Notes under the pieces: generated by a model
Told to the model about the DNA's origin: nothing
The model's input: the letters and a program-made list of their open reading frames with translations, nothing else
The model's database searches: none
Shown: in pieces, positions 50,039-60,715 of the stretch
Position numbering within the stretch: position 1 is the first letter of the stretch
Layout of the letters: every line of letters begins with the position of its first letter
NCBI GenBank assembly: GCA_963735035.1
Contig: CAVTJJ010000004.1
Coordinates: 160,001-224,000 of the forward strand
From: an uncultured candidate division Zixibacteria bacterium
Lineage (GTDB): Bacteria; Zixibacteria; MSB-5A5; GN15; FEB-12
Direction: 5' to 3'
DNA: 64,000 bases
Made by a program: the position numbers and the translations under genes

Positions 50039-50803
50039 TCACGTCTTCTTCACCGCTACAATCATCATCTCGATCTCATCCAACTCCAGCGGGCCTTTGC
50101 GCCAGTTGCCGGCGGTGCTGCCCCACACATGAAGTGTCTCGAACCCGGCAACCATGAGCATCAGTATCAACTCAGACGCTACATACCCGCGTTCGCGTAT
50201 CTCTATCGATTTCTTTCCCTCGGGTGTGTCGATTTCCATCTTATACCATTCGATCATAGTGAAGGGATCGAAGCGGCCACTGGCGACATCATCGTTGGTC
50301 AGGCGACGAAATTTCTCGGCGCCGTTGAGCGCGTTCAGGATCAATTTCGCGCCCGGTTTGAGGGCGGCATGGATGCGTTTGAGAATCTCCAGGTCGTGCT
50401 GAAGCGGGTCATCGTCCTGGCCGATCAGTCCGAACGATCCCTCGCAGAGACAGATGGCGGCATCGAACCGGCTCTCGAAAGACATCCGGGTGGCGTCGGC
50501 CTGAACCAACACCACTTCAACTCCGGCGTCATTGGCGGCTTGATTTGCTTTAGCCAACATACCAGATGACAGATCAACCCCGGTCATCCGGTAGCCCTTC
50601 TTAGCCAGACCGACCGTATGTCGTCCGGTGCCGCAGCCGACATCGAGAATGGAACTGCCGATAGGTAGGGCCAGTTCGCTTGCCAGAAATTCAACTTCAG
50701 CGGCGGTGTTCTGGGTGAAGACTTCGTTGTTGTATTTGGCGGCATGGGCGTCGAAGAAGACTTCCCAGCGGTTCTTTTGGTTCTTGTGATTTTGCTCGGA
50801 CAT
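50039..50803 (-). CDS. Class I SAM-dependent methyltransferase
   Basis: ILDVGCGTGRH, GVDLS, ADA, LKPGA. Confidence 0.92.
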   Translation of the reverse strand: MSEQNHKNQKNRWEVFFDAHAAKYNNEVFTQNTAAEVEFLASELALPIGSSILDVGCGTGRHTVGLAKKGYRMTGVDLSSGMLAKANQAANDAGVEVVLVQADATRMSFESRFDAAICLCEGSFGLIGQDDDPLQHDLEILKRIHAALKPGAKLILNALNGAEKFRRLTNDDVASGRFDPFTMIEWYKMEIDTPEGKKSIEIRERGYVASELILMLMVAGFETLHVWGSTAGNWRKGPLELDEIEMMIVAVKKT

Positions 50804-51089
50804 AACTGACTCTTGTTCGCAACGGTCGCCTGGTGTCTTCTTTCGATATCTCTCCAAGAATAATAACGCCGAGGAGATATTGCAAGGCTACCCTACGAAA
50901 GCTACTTGTAAGCGGCAGATGTGGGCATCTGCCGGGCACTTAAGCAAGATACCCTCAGAGAACCCGGCTTCGACAGGCTCAGCCTGACTTTAGTTCCAGA
51001 GTAGACCTTGGTGCATCCAGCCAGACGCGCCAGAAAATCGCCATTGCCAGCCGCTTTGAAATGCCGTAACTTATTGGGCTGTATACTGT

Positions 51090-51171
51090 GCGAAAGTGGC
51101 GGAATTGGTAGACGCACTGGACTTAGGATCCAGTTCCGTAAGGAGTGGGGGTTCGAGTCCCCCCTTTCGCA
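51090..51171 (+). tRNA. tRNA-Leu (TAG), CCA not encoded
   Basis: GCGAAAG/CTTTCGC acceptor stem; GGCGGAATTGGTAGACGC D-arm; CTGGA-CTTAGGA-TCCAG anticodon arm; long variable arm; GGTTCGAGTCC. Confidence 0.97.
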
Positions 51172-51307
51172 GATTCGCCGTTCACCGGGCCGGAACCAAT
51201 CCGACCCAGGGCTGTCTTATGTATGGACGCTCTGTCCTCGCCACCGAGGCCTGAAAGCGTCCAGCCGAGACAGAAAACCGGCTGAGCCACAAGAAGTTGG
51301 AGACGTT

Positions 51308-52567
51308 GTGAAAGTAGAAGTCGAAAGCGGCCAGGGCCTTACCCGAAAACTGAGCGTCGAAATCCCCGCTCAAACGTTCAACTCCGAGATGGAGAAGAAA
51401 CTGACGGAGCTCAGCCGCACCGTCACCCTCAAGGGATTCCGCAAGGGCAACGCGCCGCTCGAAATGATCCGCTCCCAGTTCGGTGATCAAGTCAAGGCCG
51501 ACGTGGTTGACGATCTGTTCCGCCAGAGTCTTTCGAACGCGATCGATACCCATAAGCTGAAACTCGCCGGTCGTCCCACCGTGACCGCGCTCGATCTCTC
51601 CGACGACGGCACGCTGTCGTACAAGGCCGAGATCGAAATCTTTCCGGAGATCGAGCGGGTAGTATACGACGGTCTCTCGCTTCAAGCGGTGGAGTTGAAA
51701 GTAGAAGACTCCGAAGTCAATGAGTTTGTCGAGCATTATCGTAAACAGCTTTCGGAACTTCGGGTGCTGAGTCGTCCGGCCACGGATCAGGATGTCGTAG
51801 TGGTCGATCTGACCAAACTATCGGATCCGAAAAAGGCCCTTCCGACTGATTCCTTCCCGGACTCTCAAATCGACCTGTCCAATCCGGCGACGATCAAGGA
51901 ATTCCGTAAGCATCTGCCGGGTTTGAAGGCGGGCGACGAACGGGACATCGAAGTCGTTTATGACGATGACTACTCCGATCCGGCCTTCGCCGGTGCTCAC
52001 ATAACTTACAAGTGCACGGTGAAATCGGTCAACGAACGTCTCCTGCCGCAAGTCGATGACGCTTTTGCGAAGCGCTCTGGGCTGGGCGAGACCGCCCTTG
52101 AGTTCCGTCTCAAAGTCCGCGAGCAGTTGTTGAAAGAGCGGGAAATCACTCAAAAGCGAACCCATCGGCGTGAAGTAGTCGATCTGATCTGCAGCCGCAA
52201 CGAGATCCCGATCCCTGAAGGACCGATCAACGAATACCTCGATACTCTGGTTGAGGATTTCCGCAAGGAGGGGGAAGAGTTCGACGAGCCGAAAGTCCGG
52301 GAGCAGTATCGGCCGGTAGGGATACGGTCAATGCGCTGGGATTTGCTCTGGCGCAAGCTGGTGGAGCAAGAGAAGATTGAAGTTTTGCCCGAAGATACCG
52401 AAAATTGGATCAAGGGCTTTGCAGCCTATCATAGTGTGACGCCTGAGCAGGCTCGCGAGAGTTTGCGGAAGGCCGGCAAGATGCGGGAATTGCGCGATTC
52501 GATCCTGGAAGACAAAGTGGTCAATTTCCTTCTGGGCAAGGCCGCCATGGTCCCGACGAAGAAGTAA
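51308..52567 (+). CDS. tig: Trigger factor
   Basis: LKGFRKG signature, FKBP-like middle domain, position between tRNA-Leu and clpP. Confidence 0.95.
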   Translation: MKVEVESGQGLTRKLSVEIPAQTFNSEMEKKLTELSRTVTLKGFRKGNAPLEMIRSQFGDQVKADVVDDLFRQSLSNAIDTHKLKLAGRPTVTALDLSDDGTLSYKAEIEIFPEIERVVYDGLSLQAVELKVEDSEVNEFVEHYRKQLSELRVLSRPATDQDVVVVDLTKLSDPKKALPTDSFPDSQIDLSNPATIKEFRKHLPGLKAGDERDIEVVYDDDYSDPAFAGAHITYKCTVKSVNERLLPQVDDAFAKRSGLGETALEFRLKVREQLLKEREITQKRTHRREVVDLICSRNEIPIPEGPINEYLDTLVEDFRKEGEEFDEPKVREQYRPVGIRSMRWDLLWRKLVEQEKIEVLPEDTENWIKGFAAYHSVTPEQARESLRKAGKMRELRDSILEDKVVNFLLGKAAMVPTKK

Positions 52568-52620
52568 GAAAAGATTTGTGAATACGTCGGCGCCTCCGAG
52601 GCGCCAAAGGAAAAGGATTT

Positions 52621-53238
52621 ATGCAGGACAAACTGATGAGTTACAATCTGGTTCCGATGGTGGTAGAGCAAACCGGGCGCGGCGAACGGGCCTATGACAT
52701 TTTCTCCCGTCTGCTCAAGGATAGAATCATTTTCATCGGTACGCCCATCGACGATAACGTGGCCAACCTGGTCGTGGCCCAGATGCTGTTTCTCGAAGCC
52801 GAAGACCCCGATAAAGATATCTTCGTGTATATCAACACGCCGGGTGGGTCGGTAACCGCGATGCTGGCGATGTATGACACCATGCAGTTCATCAAACCGG
52901 ATGTCGCGACCATGTGCATGGGTCTGGCCGCGTCGGCCGGAGCGTTCCTGCTGATGGCGGGCACGGCGGGCAAGCGCGCGGCGCTTCCCAATAGCCGGAT
53001 CATGATTCATCAGCCGCTGGGCGGCGCTCAGGGGCAGGTTTCGGATATGGTCATCATGACCGAGGAAGCCAAAAAGACCCGTCAGAAGATCAACGAATTG
53101 CTGGCCAAACATACCGGCCAGCCGCTCGATAAAATCGAGAAAGACACCGACCGGAACTATTTCATGTCGCCGGAAGAAGCGAAAGACTACGGGCTGATCG
53201 ACAAGATTTACATCTCCAAGCGGCAGGAAAAGAAGTAA
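52621..53238 (+). CDS. clpP: ATP-dependent Clp protease proteolytic subunit
   Basis: [44 protein letters not shown]. Confidence 0.98.
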   Translation: MQDKLMSYNLVPMVVEQTGRGERAYDIFSRLLKDRIIFIGTPIDDNVANLVVAQMLFLEAEDPDKDIFVYINTPGGSVTAMLAMYDTMQFIKPDVATMCMGLAASAGAFLLMAGTAGKRAALPNSRIMIHQPLGGAQGQVSDMVIMTEEAKKTRQKINELLAKHTGQPLDKIEKDTDRNYFMSPEEAKDYGLIDKIYISKRQEKK

Positions 53239-53285
53239 CGCGTCAGCGTTTCATGGGATGAATGTGAAGTGAAAGAAGGAAAGTG

Positions 53286-54563
53286 ATGTCAGCCGAGATG
53301 CACGGTCCCCGCGTTCCGCAGCGTTGTTCGTTTTGCGGCAAACCGCACAGCCAGGTCAAGCGACTCTTTTCGGGACACGAATCTTATATCTGCAACGAGT
53401 GTGTGGCGCTCTGTGGCGACTTGCTTCAGGCGGCCCCCGACTACGAGCCGACCGAGGAATTCCGCGATCTACCGCGTCCGGCCGATATCAAGCAGTTCCT
53501 GGATCAATACGTAATCGGGCAGGAAGAAGCCAAGCGGATCGTCTCCGTGGCGGTGTATCAGCACTACAAGCGGATCAACTACGTCACGAAGAATCGGGCC
53601 TCGTCACAGCTCGGTGGCCAAAACGATGATGTCGAGCTCGACAAGGCCAACATTCTGTTGCTCGGTCCGACCGGAACCGGCAAGACCCTGATCGCGCGCT
53701 CACTGGCCAAGTTCCTGAAAGTCCCGTTCACGATCGCCGACGCCACGGTACTTACTGAAGCCGGGTATGTCGGAGAAGATGTCGAGAACATTTTGGTACG
53801 TCTCTTCCAGGCGGCCAATTTCAACCCGCGCAAGACCGAACTGGGCATTATCTACATCGATGAAATCGACAAGATTTCACGCAAAGACGGCAATCCGTCG
53901 ATCACGCGCGACGTTTCCGGTGAGGGTGTTCAGCAGGGGTTGTTGAAAATTCTCGAAGGAACGACCGCCAACATTCCGCCGCGTGGCGGACGCAAACATC
54001 CCGAGCAGGCGTTCGTTCAGATTGATACGACCAACATTCTCTTCATTTGTGGTGGAGCCTTCGATGGACTCGAGAAGATTGTCGCCCGTCGGTTGGGCAA
54101 CAAGAGGGTAGGGTTTGAGGCCGACAACCGCGGCTTGAACGCCAATTCGTCCGAAATTCTCGATCACGTGATCCCGTCTGATCTGATCGAGTACGGTTTG
54201 ATTCCGGAGATGGTCGGGCGCCTTCCGGTGTCGGCGTCGCTGCGGCCACTCGACCGCGAGGCGATGCTCAGCATTCTCACCAAGCCGAAAAACGCCCTTA
54301 CCAAGCAGTACGGCAAGATGCTTGAACTTGAAGGCATCAAGCTGACTTTCGAGCCGGCCGCTCTGGACGCTGCCGTACAGGTGGCGCTTAACCGCAAGAC
54401 CGGCGCGCGGGCGCTGCGGTCGATTTTCGAGAAGACGATGCTTAATACCCTCTATGAGTTGCCGTCGAGACAGGATGTCGAAGAGGTCGTGGTGACGGCC
54501 GAGTCGGTACTCGAAGGAAAGCCGCCGAGGATAGTTCTTCGCGCGGAACGCAAGGCGGGGTAG
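53286..54563 (+). CDS. clpX: Clp protease ATP-binding subunit
   Basis: C4 zinc finger [42 protein letters not shown]. Confidence 0.98.
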   Translation: MSAEMHGPRVPQRCSFCGKPHSQVKRLFSGHESYICNECVALCGDLLQAAPDYEPTEEFRDLPRPADIKQFLDQYVIGQEEAKRIVSVAVYQHYKRINYVTKNRASSQLGGQNDDVELDKANILLLGPTGTGKTLIARSLAKFLKVPFTIADATVLTEAGYVGEDVENILVRLFQAANFNPRKTELGIIYIDEIDKISRKDGNPSITRDVSGEGVQQGLLKILEGTTANIPPRGGRKHPEQAFVQIDTTNILFICGGAFDGLEKIVARRLGNKRVGFEADNRGLNANSSEILDHVIPSDLIEYGLIPEMVGRLPVSASLRPLDREAMLSILTKPKNALTKQYGKMLELEGIKLTFEPAALDAAVQVALNRKTGARALRSIFEKTMLNTLYELPSRQDVEEVVVTAESVLEGKPPRIVLRAERKAG

Positions 54564-54590
54564 GGTTTCGTTTACACCGAGACAGAGTTT

Positions 54591-54621
54591 AAGGCCGAGC
54601 GGCATTGCCGCCCGGCCTTTT
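54591..54621 (+). terminator. Intrinsic terminator
   Basis: AAGGCCGAGCGGC-att-GCCGCCCGGCCTTTT. Confidence 0.75.
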
Positions 54622-54642
54622 CGTTGTCCGGCAGAAATTCTC

Positions 54643-54834
54643 GTAGGGCAGAACCACCTTGGAGTTCTGCCATGCTTCGACAGGCTCAGCATGATCGTTG
54701 CGTCGGGTCTTGTCCCCGGCCCACCGTAGGTGGGGCGGGGATGTGACCTGACGCGTGACAGAGAAACAGACGTAATATCCTCCAGGCGTCAGGTCACACC
54801 CCCGACTTCGTCGTGGGCAAGACCTGACGCAACC
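54643..54834. repeat. REP cluster: GTAG-REP, CTTCGACAGGCTCAGC module, inverted GTCAGGTCACA doublet
   Basis: CTTCGACAGGCTCAGC also at ~50967; arms at 54697-54754 and 54786-54834 are inverted. Confidence 0.8.
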
Positions 54835-54935
54835 TATCAATTGGGGCCCACGATGCAACCTGAGAATGATATTGACCGGAGACCTCAGCCACTATTCCTT
54901 GCATCAACTTGAAAGCGTATCGGTAAGGAGTCTTG

Positions 54936-55418
54936 ATGATCCCTCGCATTAAATTGATAGTCGACCTGTACGGAGTCTCTGAACGACTGGCGCTGAAAGC
55001 GCTAGGAGAAATGAAACCGGAAGACCTGTACGAACGGCCAATCGACAAAGCCAACTCGTTTCACTGGGTGTTTGGCCATATTGCGTCGTCGCGCTACGGC
55101 CTGGCGCGGGCGCTCGGCCTGAAAGAAAGTGTGGTCTGGGGTGAGCTTTACGATTACGGTTCGGACGTGTACGACGTTTCGAAATATCCTACGATCGAAG
55201 AAATCCACACTGCTTTCATTGATATCACAAAGAAGCTGAAAGCGCGTTTCGAGACGTTGACTGATGAAGACCTCGCAGTCGAACCGCCCTTCACTATTCC
55301 AGGGATTGAGAAGAATGCCGCCGGGACGCTGTCGTTTCTCTCGCTTCACGAGAGCTATCATGTAGGTCAGCTCGCCTATATTCTGAGGCTTCACGGCCGT
55401 GACAAGCTGACGGGGTAG
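54936..55418 (+). CDS. DinB/YfiT superfamily protein
   Basis: NSFHWVFGHI and HESYHVGQL His motifs. Confidence 0.85.
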   Translation: MIPRIKLIVDLYGVSERLALKALGEMKPEDLYERPIDKANSFHWVFGHIASSRYGLARALGLKESVVWGELYDYGSDVYDVSKYPTIEEIHTAFIDITKKLKARFETLTDEDLAVEPPFTIPGIEKNAAGTLSFLSLHESYHVGQLAYILRLHGRDKLTG

Positions 55419-55428
55419 CGGATAAAGA

Positions 55429-55588
55429 GTAGGTCAGGCGGACTTGACGCCTGACATCTGTATTCGTAGGTCGGGTTCCGAGTGTTGATGAGTTAAGCGA
55501 GAAACCCGACATTCCCACGTCATGGCAACACCGTGTGTCGGGTTTCTTGGTCCATCGCTCCGCTCAGGCCCGGCGGAACCCGACCTAC
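55429..55588. repeat. GTAG-REP cluster/REPIN
   Basis: GTAGGTCAGGCGGACTTGACGCCTGAC (exact reverse complement of 49952-49978) plus an inverted GTAGGTCGGGTT...AACCCGACCTAC pair. Confidence 0.85.
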
Positions 55589-55666
55589 TAGTTATCCCCG
55601 CCTGATCTCTGGGTGCCCCGCCTGAAGCGGGGCAAGACATTCATAAACGTATGTTCTGGATTGTGA

Positions 55667-56275
55667 TCAGACGCAACATCCTAGCGTCAGCAACTCCCGT
55701 TGTAATTGCTCGGCCGAGTTAAACTGAATCCCCCGTATGCCCATCATCCGGGCGGCATCGACATTGACCGCGATGTCATCGATGAATATCACCCGTTCGA
55801 CCTGTCCGGCTTTCTCCCAAGCAGCGCGGTAGATCGCCGGGTGTGGTTTGAGCTGACCAACTTCATAAGACAAAACGCACTTTTCGAATTCCGCCAGTAT
55901 CGGAAATTTCTGTCGAGCAAACTCCCAGTGCCAGATGTTGGTGTTCGATAGTATGATCAACGGGTGATGCGGTTTCAAACGGCGAATCAGGTCGGACACG
56001 TCCCGATTCTCCGTGAACATGTCCGCCCAGAGGTCATGAAACTCCCGCGTTGTCAGCTTGATACCCAGTGCCTGAGACACGGCTTCGGTGAACTGATCGC
56101 CGTCGATCAACCCCTGTTCGAAGCGTCGTTCGAGATTATTCTCGTAGATCAAGTGCGCGACTTCGACGGCGCTCTTGCCGATCCTCTCTCCCAGAATAGC
56201 ACACGGTTTCAGTGGATCGAAGGGCAGGATGACATTGCCGAGATCGAATATGAGCGTAGCCGTGGCGGGGCTCAT
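55667..56275 (-). CDS. HAD-family phosphatase (YihX-like)
   Basis: IFDLGNV, LSNTN, LKPHPAIY, FIDD...NV; ATGA overlap with the upstream gene. Confidence 0.9.
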   Translation of the reverse strand: MSPATATLIFDLGNVILPFDPLKPCAILGERIGKSAVEVAHLIYENNLERRFEQGLIDGDQFTEAVSQALGIKLTTREFHDLWADMFTENRDVSDLIRRLKPHHPLIILSNTNIWHWEFARQKFPILAEFEKCVLSYEVGQLKPHPAIYRAAWEKAGQVERVIFIDDIAVNVDAARMMGIRGIQFNSAEQLQRELLTLGCCV

Positions 56276-57171
56276 TTCCAGAAGAATCCCACGATGTACT
56301 GAAGCGCGATAACCATCAATGCGGCCACGAGAATTATTTTGATCACCCGTGGCGATACGTGTCTCTGCAGGCGAGCGCCGACATAAACGCCAAGCGCTCC
56401 ACCAATTCCAAAAGATAGCCCCAGCCACCAGTCCGGAATCATGACAGCGCCGGTAGGTGAGAAGAACGGGCTGATGAGCATGTAGATCGCCACACCTACC
56501 ACTGAAGTCATGAACGTGCCGAGGAGCATTGCACCCGCGATCGAGTGCACGGGGAGGTGGTAGATCGCCACGAAATACGGCGATAGAATCGCCCCACCGC
56601 CGATACCATAAATACCGCCCACGATGCCGACGATCAAGGCGATCATAACGACTGACCAGGTATTCACGACGTAAGTCTGGCCGTCGTATTCGTAGGTGAA
56701 TTTCCGAAGACCGAGACGCTGATACGTGATCTGTCGCTTGATTGGTCCGGTGTTGTTGTTGGCCACCGGCTGTTTGCGGAAAACATCCTGTGTCAGTTTG
56801 AGCGCCAGGTGAAGCAGCACAAAACCGGCGAACAGTTTGAAATCGGTCGGGTCGGGGAGATATTTCAGGCGGATGAACGCCCCCAAAATCAGCCCCGGAA
56901 GCGTCCCTATCGCGGTCGCCCAGGCGAGCGACCAGAGCATCCGGTTTTCGCGGTGGAACCGCCAGATACCGGACGGAATCGCCACCACGTTGTAGAGCAT
57001 GTTGGTGGGGCTGACGGCCGGTGAAGTGTATTTCAGTACCGACACCGAAAAGGGGAGCAGGATAAACGACCCGGTGACACCGCCGGTCGAAGTAAGTGAC
57101 GATATGCAAAACGCCACCAGGGCGGGCAGCCACCAATAGGTCTCTACGCCGGAAATGGGAAATGTGACCAC
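56272..57171 (-). CDS. Sulfite exporter TauE/SafE (TSUP) family
   Basis: GGVTG..LLP and GGIYGIGGG..LSP motifs; GTG overlaps the upstream TAG. Confidence 0.9.
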   Translation of the reverse strand: MVTFPISGVETYWWLPALVAFCISSLTSTGGVTGSFILLPFSVSVLKYTSPAVSPTNMLYNVVAIPSGIWRFHRENRMLWSLAWATAIGTLPGLILGAFIRLKYLPDPTDFKLFAGFVLLHLALKLTQDVFRKQPVANNNTGPIKRQITYQRLGLRKFTYEYDGQTYVVNTWSVVMIALIVGIVGGIYGIGGGAILSPYFVAIYHLPVHSIAGAMLLGTFMTSVVGVAIYMLISPFFSPTGAVMIPDWWLGLSFGIGGALGVYVGARLQRHVSPRVIKIILVAALMVIALQYIVGFFWK

Positions 57172-57815
57172 TAACGCAACTCCAGGCGATACATGGGGCG
57201 GGTCTTGGCCAGGCGCTGTACTTCTTTGAAACCCAGGCGCTGGTAGATGATTTCCGGGCCGGTGTATGAGAACGCGGCGGGGAGTTTCTGGCCATCCGAA
57301 GTCAATGTAGTGGGGTAGGCTTCGATAATTTTGCCACCCCTCTTCCGTATTGCCTTCACCGCACCCGCCACCAGCTCTTGCGATAGCCCCAGGCCTCGGC
57401 AGGTCTTGTCGACAAAGAGGCAATTGACCGACCAGATGTCGGTTTTCCGGTCAGTGTCGTCATCAGACAGAATATAAGCCTTGGTCCGGTCGAGACGGGG
57501 GAATTCGGTGCGAAGCCCGAACGCACACCATCCTACCGGGTGGTCACCGTCGAGGGCGATGGTGCCGTGTGCCTGACCCGATTCGACAAGTTTCTTAAAG
57601 GCCCGACGGTTCGGTTCGCCTTTCGCCTTTTCCCAGGCCTGTCCCCCTTTTTCGCGTCGCCAGTGCATACACCAGCAGCCGCCGCAAGCGCCCCGGTCGC
57701 CGAACAACAGCCTTACCAATTCCCAGTCCTGGGGGGTGATTTCTCTGACCTTGGGTTGACGCAAAGCAGTAGACACGGGGACAAAGTAATAAACCAAAGT
57801 GTCTCGGACAATCAT
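57171..57815 (-). CDS. GNAT N-acetyltransferase
   Basis: GACGGCWCMHWR, PVGWC, RGLGLS, IEAYP, YTG...Y..LGF. Confidence 0.88.
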   Translation of the reverse strand: MIVRDTLVYYFVPVSTALRQPKVREITPQDWELVRLLFGDRGACGGCWCMHWRREKGGQAWEKAKGEPNRRAFKKLVESGQAHGTIALDGDHPVGWCAFGLRTEFPRLDRTKAYILSDDDTDRKTDIWSVNCLFVDKTCRGLGLSQELVAGAVKAIRKRGGKIIEAYPTTLTSDGQKLPAAFSYTGPEIIYQRLGFKEVQRLAKTRPMYRLELR

Positions 57816-57974
57816 ATCTTGAAGCCGGGTCGGGATTTATGAATATGGGAAAACCGGAAAGGACTTGACCGAAATTCGTGAAGCCGATATAATCAGCCCA
57901 TCGATGATTTCTCGGGCCGGTTTAGGTAAGCCGAAAATAGCCGGCACGTACCCTTCACTTTGGCGGAGGTGAAT

Positions 57975-59918
57975 ATGACGACCATTTGGAAATATTTGGG
58001 AGTGGCGCTGACTCTTATCGGATCGACCTGTGCATTTGCAGGAGAGGGCGGGATAGACCTGATGACCGTGAATATCGATTCACTGATCAGCAAGGCTCCG
58101 TCAATAGACACCCTGTCCACCTACCCTTACATCCTGTTGCTTGACAAATACGACATTCTGGTCAACCGTGATTACACATCTACCGCCACCGCCCATTCTC
58201 TTACGCTCCTCACCAACTCCGAGGGCATAAATGGGGCCGGTACGACCACCATCCGATATAGGGACGGTTATGATTCAGTGGTAATCGATGTAGCCAGATC
58301 CGTCGGGCCGGACGGAACCGTCTACATTGTCCCGGCCGACCAGATCATTGACAACATAGCCCCGTCAGATTTAATGGACAACGATCTCTACACTGATCAG
58401 CGACAGATGAGGATCAATTTCCAGGGCCTGCGTGTCGGATCCATTGTGGAGTGCAAGTATACAATCAAGAGGTATCGGGAGTACTTCCCCGGTTTCTCGG
58501 GCAACTTCTGGTTCAATTACAGAGCGCCCAGCCGGCTGGCCCTGGTTTCAGTGCGATACCCGGAGCCGCTCCCTCTGTTTTCCAAGCTCTACCGAACCAA
58601 TATCGAACCGACCGTATCGCTGCAGAATGGATTCGTGACCAAGACCTGGCGCATGGAAAACATCCGAGAGCTTCCGCAAGAACCGGGTCAGTTGCCATTG
58701 TCGGACTTGAACATGCGCGTCGAACTCTCCAGCTTTACCGAATGGGATCAGTACGCGAAGGTCTTCTATGATTCTCTGTGGGCCCCTGACCTGATGACCC
58801 CGCTGGGCGAGTGTGAGCAGGCAATCCTGACTTCGCTCGACCTTGGACCCCTCAGTGCCACGGACAGACTGAAGCGTATCTATTACTGGTTGCAGGATAA
58901 CATGCGTTACCTGGGCTTTGAAATGGGCGTCAACAATCTGCAACCTCACGCGTCCTCGATCATCTGCCGCAAACTCTACGGCGACTGCAAGGATTTGACT
59001 AACCTGCTGGTGAAGCTACTACGGCAGGAAGGGATCAAGGCCTGGCCCGCCGCTCTGAACACCAGGATGGTCTTCAACGATGATTCCTTCGCGGCGTACG
59101 CGACCCTGAATCATGTGATCGTCTTCGCTTCCGACGTCGATGGCAAGGATTACTGGCTGGACCCGACTCTTGACCACGCGTCCCTGGGCTCTCTGCCCCC
59201 ATCGGTCCAAAACGGCATGGCACTAGTTCTGGGAAAAGATAAGGATGTTGTACGTCACATTCCCCCGATACCATCTAGCATCGACCGGAAGAAAATAACA
59301 CGCCGGGCGGTGATTGATACGCTCGGCCGGGGCAAGGTAGAGAATGTCGCCGAGTTCTCAGGGATATACAGCGTCGGTCTGAAATCATATCTGGCGCAAC
59401 TGAACCAGGAGCAGCTCACCAATATGTTTCGGTCAAGCGTCCCTCCCTCGTCGCACGATCTGCAGTTCGAGGTACGCGGTCTCGGTGATTGCGATTCCGA
59501 CCTGACAATTGTCATGTCATTTGCGGACGACAACATCGCACAGGTAGCCGGTAATCTTATGATAATCAAGGCGAGCGGAAACGACATTGATTTCGACAAC
59601 TCCGGGGGAATTGAGAAGCGCACCACTGATGTCTTTCTTGGCTTCACTCCCTCAATCCAGGTAGAGAGCGAACTGACCTATCCGCCCCAGTACCGGGTCC
59701 AGTTCCTGCCCAAAGATGTCAACCTGGAGTCCGATTTCTTTAGCTTTACCCGCCGTGTTGAGGCGAACGACTCAGGCAAAGTCAGGGTGGTCAAGACCGC
59801 TGTCGTAAAAGCACCCGTCGTTCCACTTGCGATGTATGAGAAATATCGATCGGCTCTCCAGGAGATGTTTGTGGCTCAACAGGAAGGTACAATTCTCGAG
59901 AGAGTAGCAAAACAATAG
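57975..59918 (+). CDS. DUF3857 plus transglutaminase-like domain protein, secreted
   Basis: GGAGG RBS, signal peptide, VGSIVE, Cys-His-Asp motifs YGDCKD, NHVI, WLDPT. Confidence 0.88.
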   Translation: MTTIWKYLGVALTLIGSTCAFAGEGGIDLMTVNIDSLISKAPSIDTLSTYPYILLLDKYDILVNRDYTSTATAHSLTLLTNSEGINGAGTTTIRYRDGYDSVVIDVARSVGPDGTVYIVPADQIIDNIAPSDLMDNDLYTDQRQMRINFQGLRVGSIVECKYTIKRYREYFPGFSGNFWFNYRAPSRLALVSVRYPEPLPLFSKLYRTNIEPTVSLQNGFVTKTWRMENIRELPQEPGQLPLSDLNMRVELSSFTEWDQYAKVFYDSLWAPDLMTPLGECEQAILTSLDLGPLSATDRLKRIYYWLQDNMRYLGFEMGVNNLQPHASSIICRKLYGDCKDLTNLLVKLLRQEGIKAWPAALNTRMVFNDDSFAAYATLNHVIVFASDVDGKDYWLDPTLDHASLGSLPPSVQNGMALVLGKDKDVVRHIPPIPSSIDRKKITRRAVIDTLGRGKVENVAEFSGIYSVGLKSYLAQLNQEQLTNMFRSSVPPSSHDLQFEVRGLGDCDSDLTIVMSFADDNIAQVAGNLMIIKASGNDIDFDNSGGIEKRTTDVFLGFTPSIQVESELTYPPQYRVQFLPKDVNLESDFFSFTRRVEANDSGKVRVVKTAVVKAPVVPLAMYEKYRSALQEMFVAQQEGTILERVAKQ

Positions 59919-60210
59919 TGCGGGGACAAACAGGATCCCGCCGGGACCGCAGTCATTTCGTGCGTCAAGTACGGTACCGCGGGTGAGCCGGTTCTTCGGC
60001 CCCATACCCCTGTTTGATCTGTCCGGGAGCAGTTGCTTGGCCGGCAGCCTCTTAGGTCGAATCGACGGAAGTCCAAAAACCACTTGCTTTTGGGCGTAAT
60101 CGGAACTCATATTGGAACGATTGGGCGATGCCGAAGGTTGTTCGGCAACGGGCGGAAGATCGCCCCTAAGATGGAAATAGATGTACTAGTTGGAATAGAG
60201 GTGCACTCAC

Positions 60211-60546
60211 ATGAAGTTTAAGGATTTCGAGGCCGACGGCGGTGTGATCGTTCTTGAGCTATCCGGAAAGATCATGGGTGGTGAGGAAACCACCATGTTT
60301 CATGGCAAGCTGCATGAATATATACAGGCGGGCAAACGCAGTTTCGTGATCGACTTGAAGAGTGTCGAATGGATGAACTCGGTCGGCCTCGGAATGTTGA
60401 TTTCTGCCCTGACCACGGTCAAGAACGCCAAGGGCCGTCTGGTCCTGGCCAATATCACCAATATCGAATCGATTCTTTCGATGACCCGTCTGATCTCGGT
60501 GTTCGAGCATTTCGACAGCCAGGCGTCGGCTCTCAAGACGTTCTGA
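60211..60546 (+). CDS. STAS-domain anti-sigma factor antagonist
   Basis: VIDLKSVEWMNSVGLGMLI with the conserved Ser. Confidence 0.9.
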   Translation: MKFKDFEADGGVIVLELSGKIMGGEETTMFHGKLHEYIQAGKRSFVIDLKSVEWMNSVGLGMLISALTTVKNAKGRLVLANITNIESILSMTRLISVFEHFDSQASALKTF

Positions 60547-60573
60547 ACGGTCGTCTCAGACGCAATAGAATTC

Positions 60574-60607
60574 AGCGCTCTGCCCATAGCAGAGCGCTTT
60601 TCTTTTG
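60574..60607 (+). terminator. Intrinsic terminator
   Basis: AGCGCTCTGC-ccata-GCAGAGCGCT followed by TTTCTTTT. Confidence 0.8.
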
Positions 60608-60715
60608 GCTGCGGACGCTCTATATTCCCGGCGAGTAGGAATGACGCAACAACGGCCAGCGTCATTCGTCGTTGTTACTGACTTTGCAGGCAGAGGAGCC
60701 GCCAAGGAGACCGCC

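Noticed and set aside
51008..51307. N-terminal extension of tig in the ORF track
   Set aside because: Overlaps tRNA-Leu; the likely start is GTG 51308 after a GGAG RBS.
56276..57295. 542-aa ORF suggesting a large HAD fusion
   Set aside because: The upstream part is an alternative frame of the TauE gene; the HAD gene starts at 56275.
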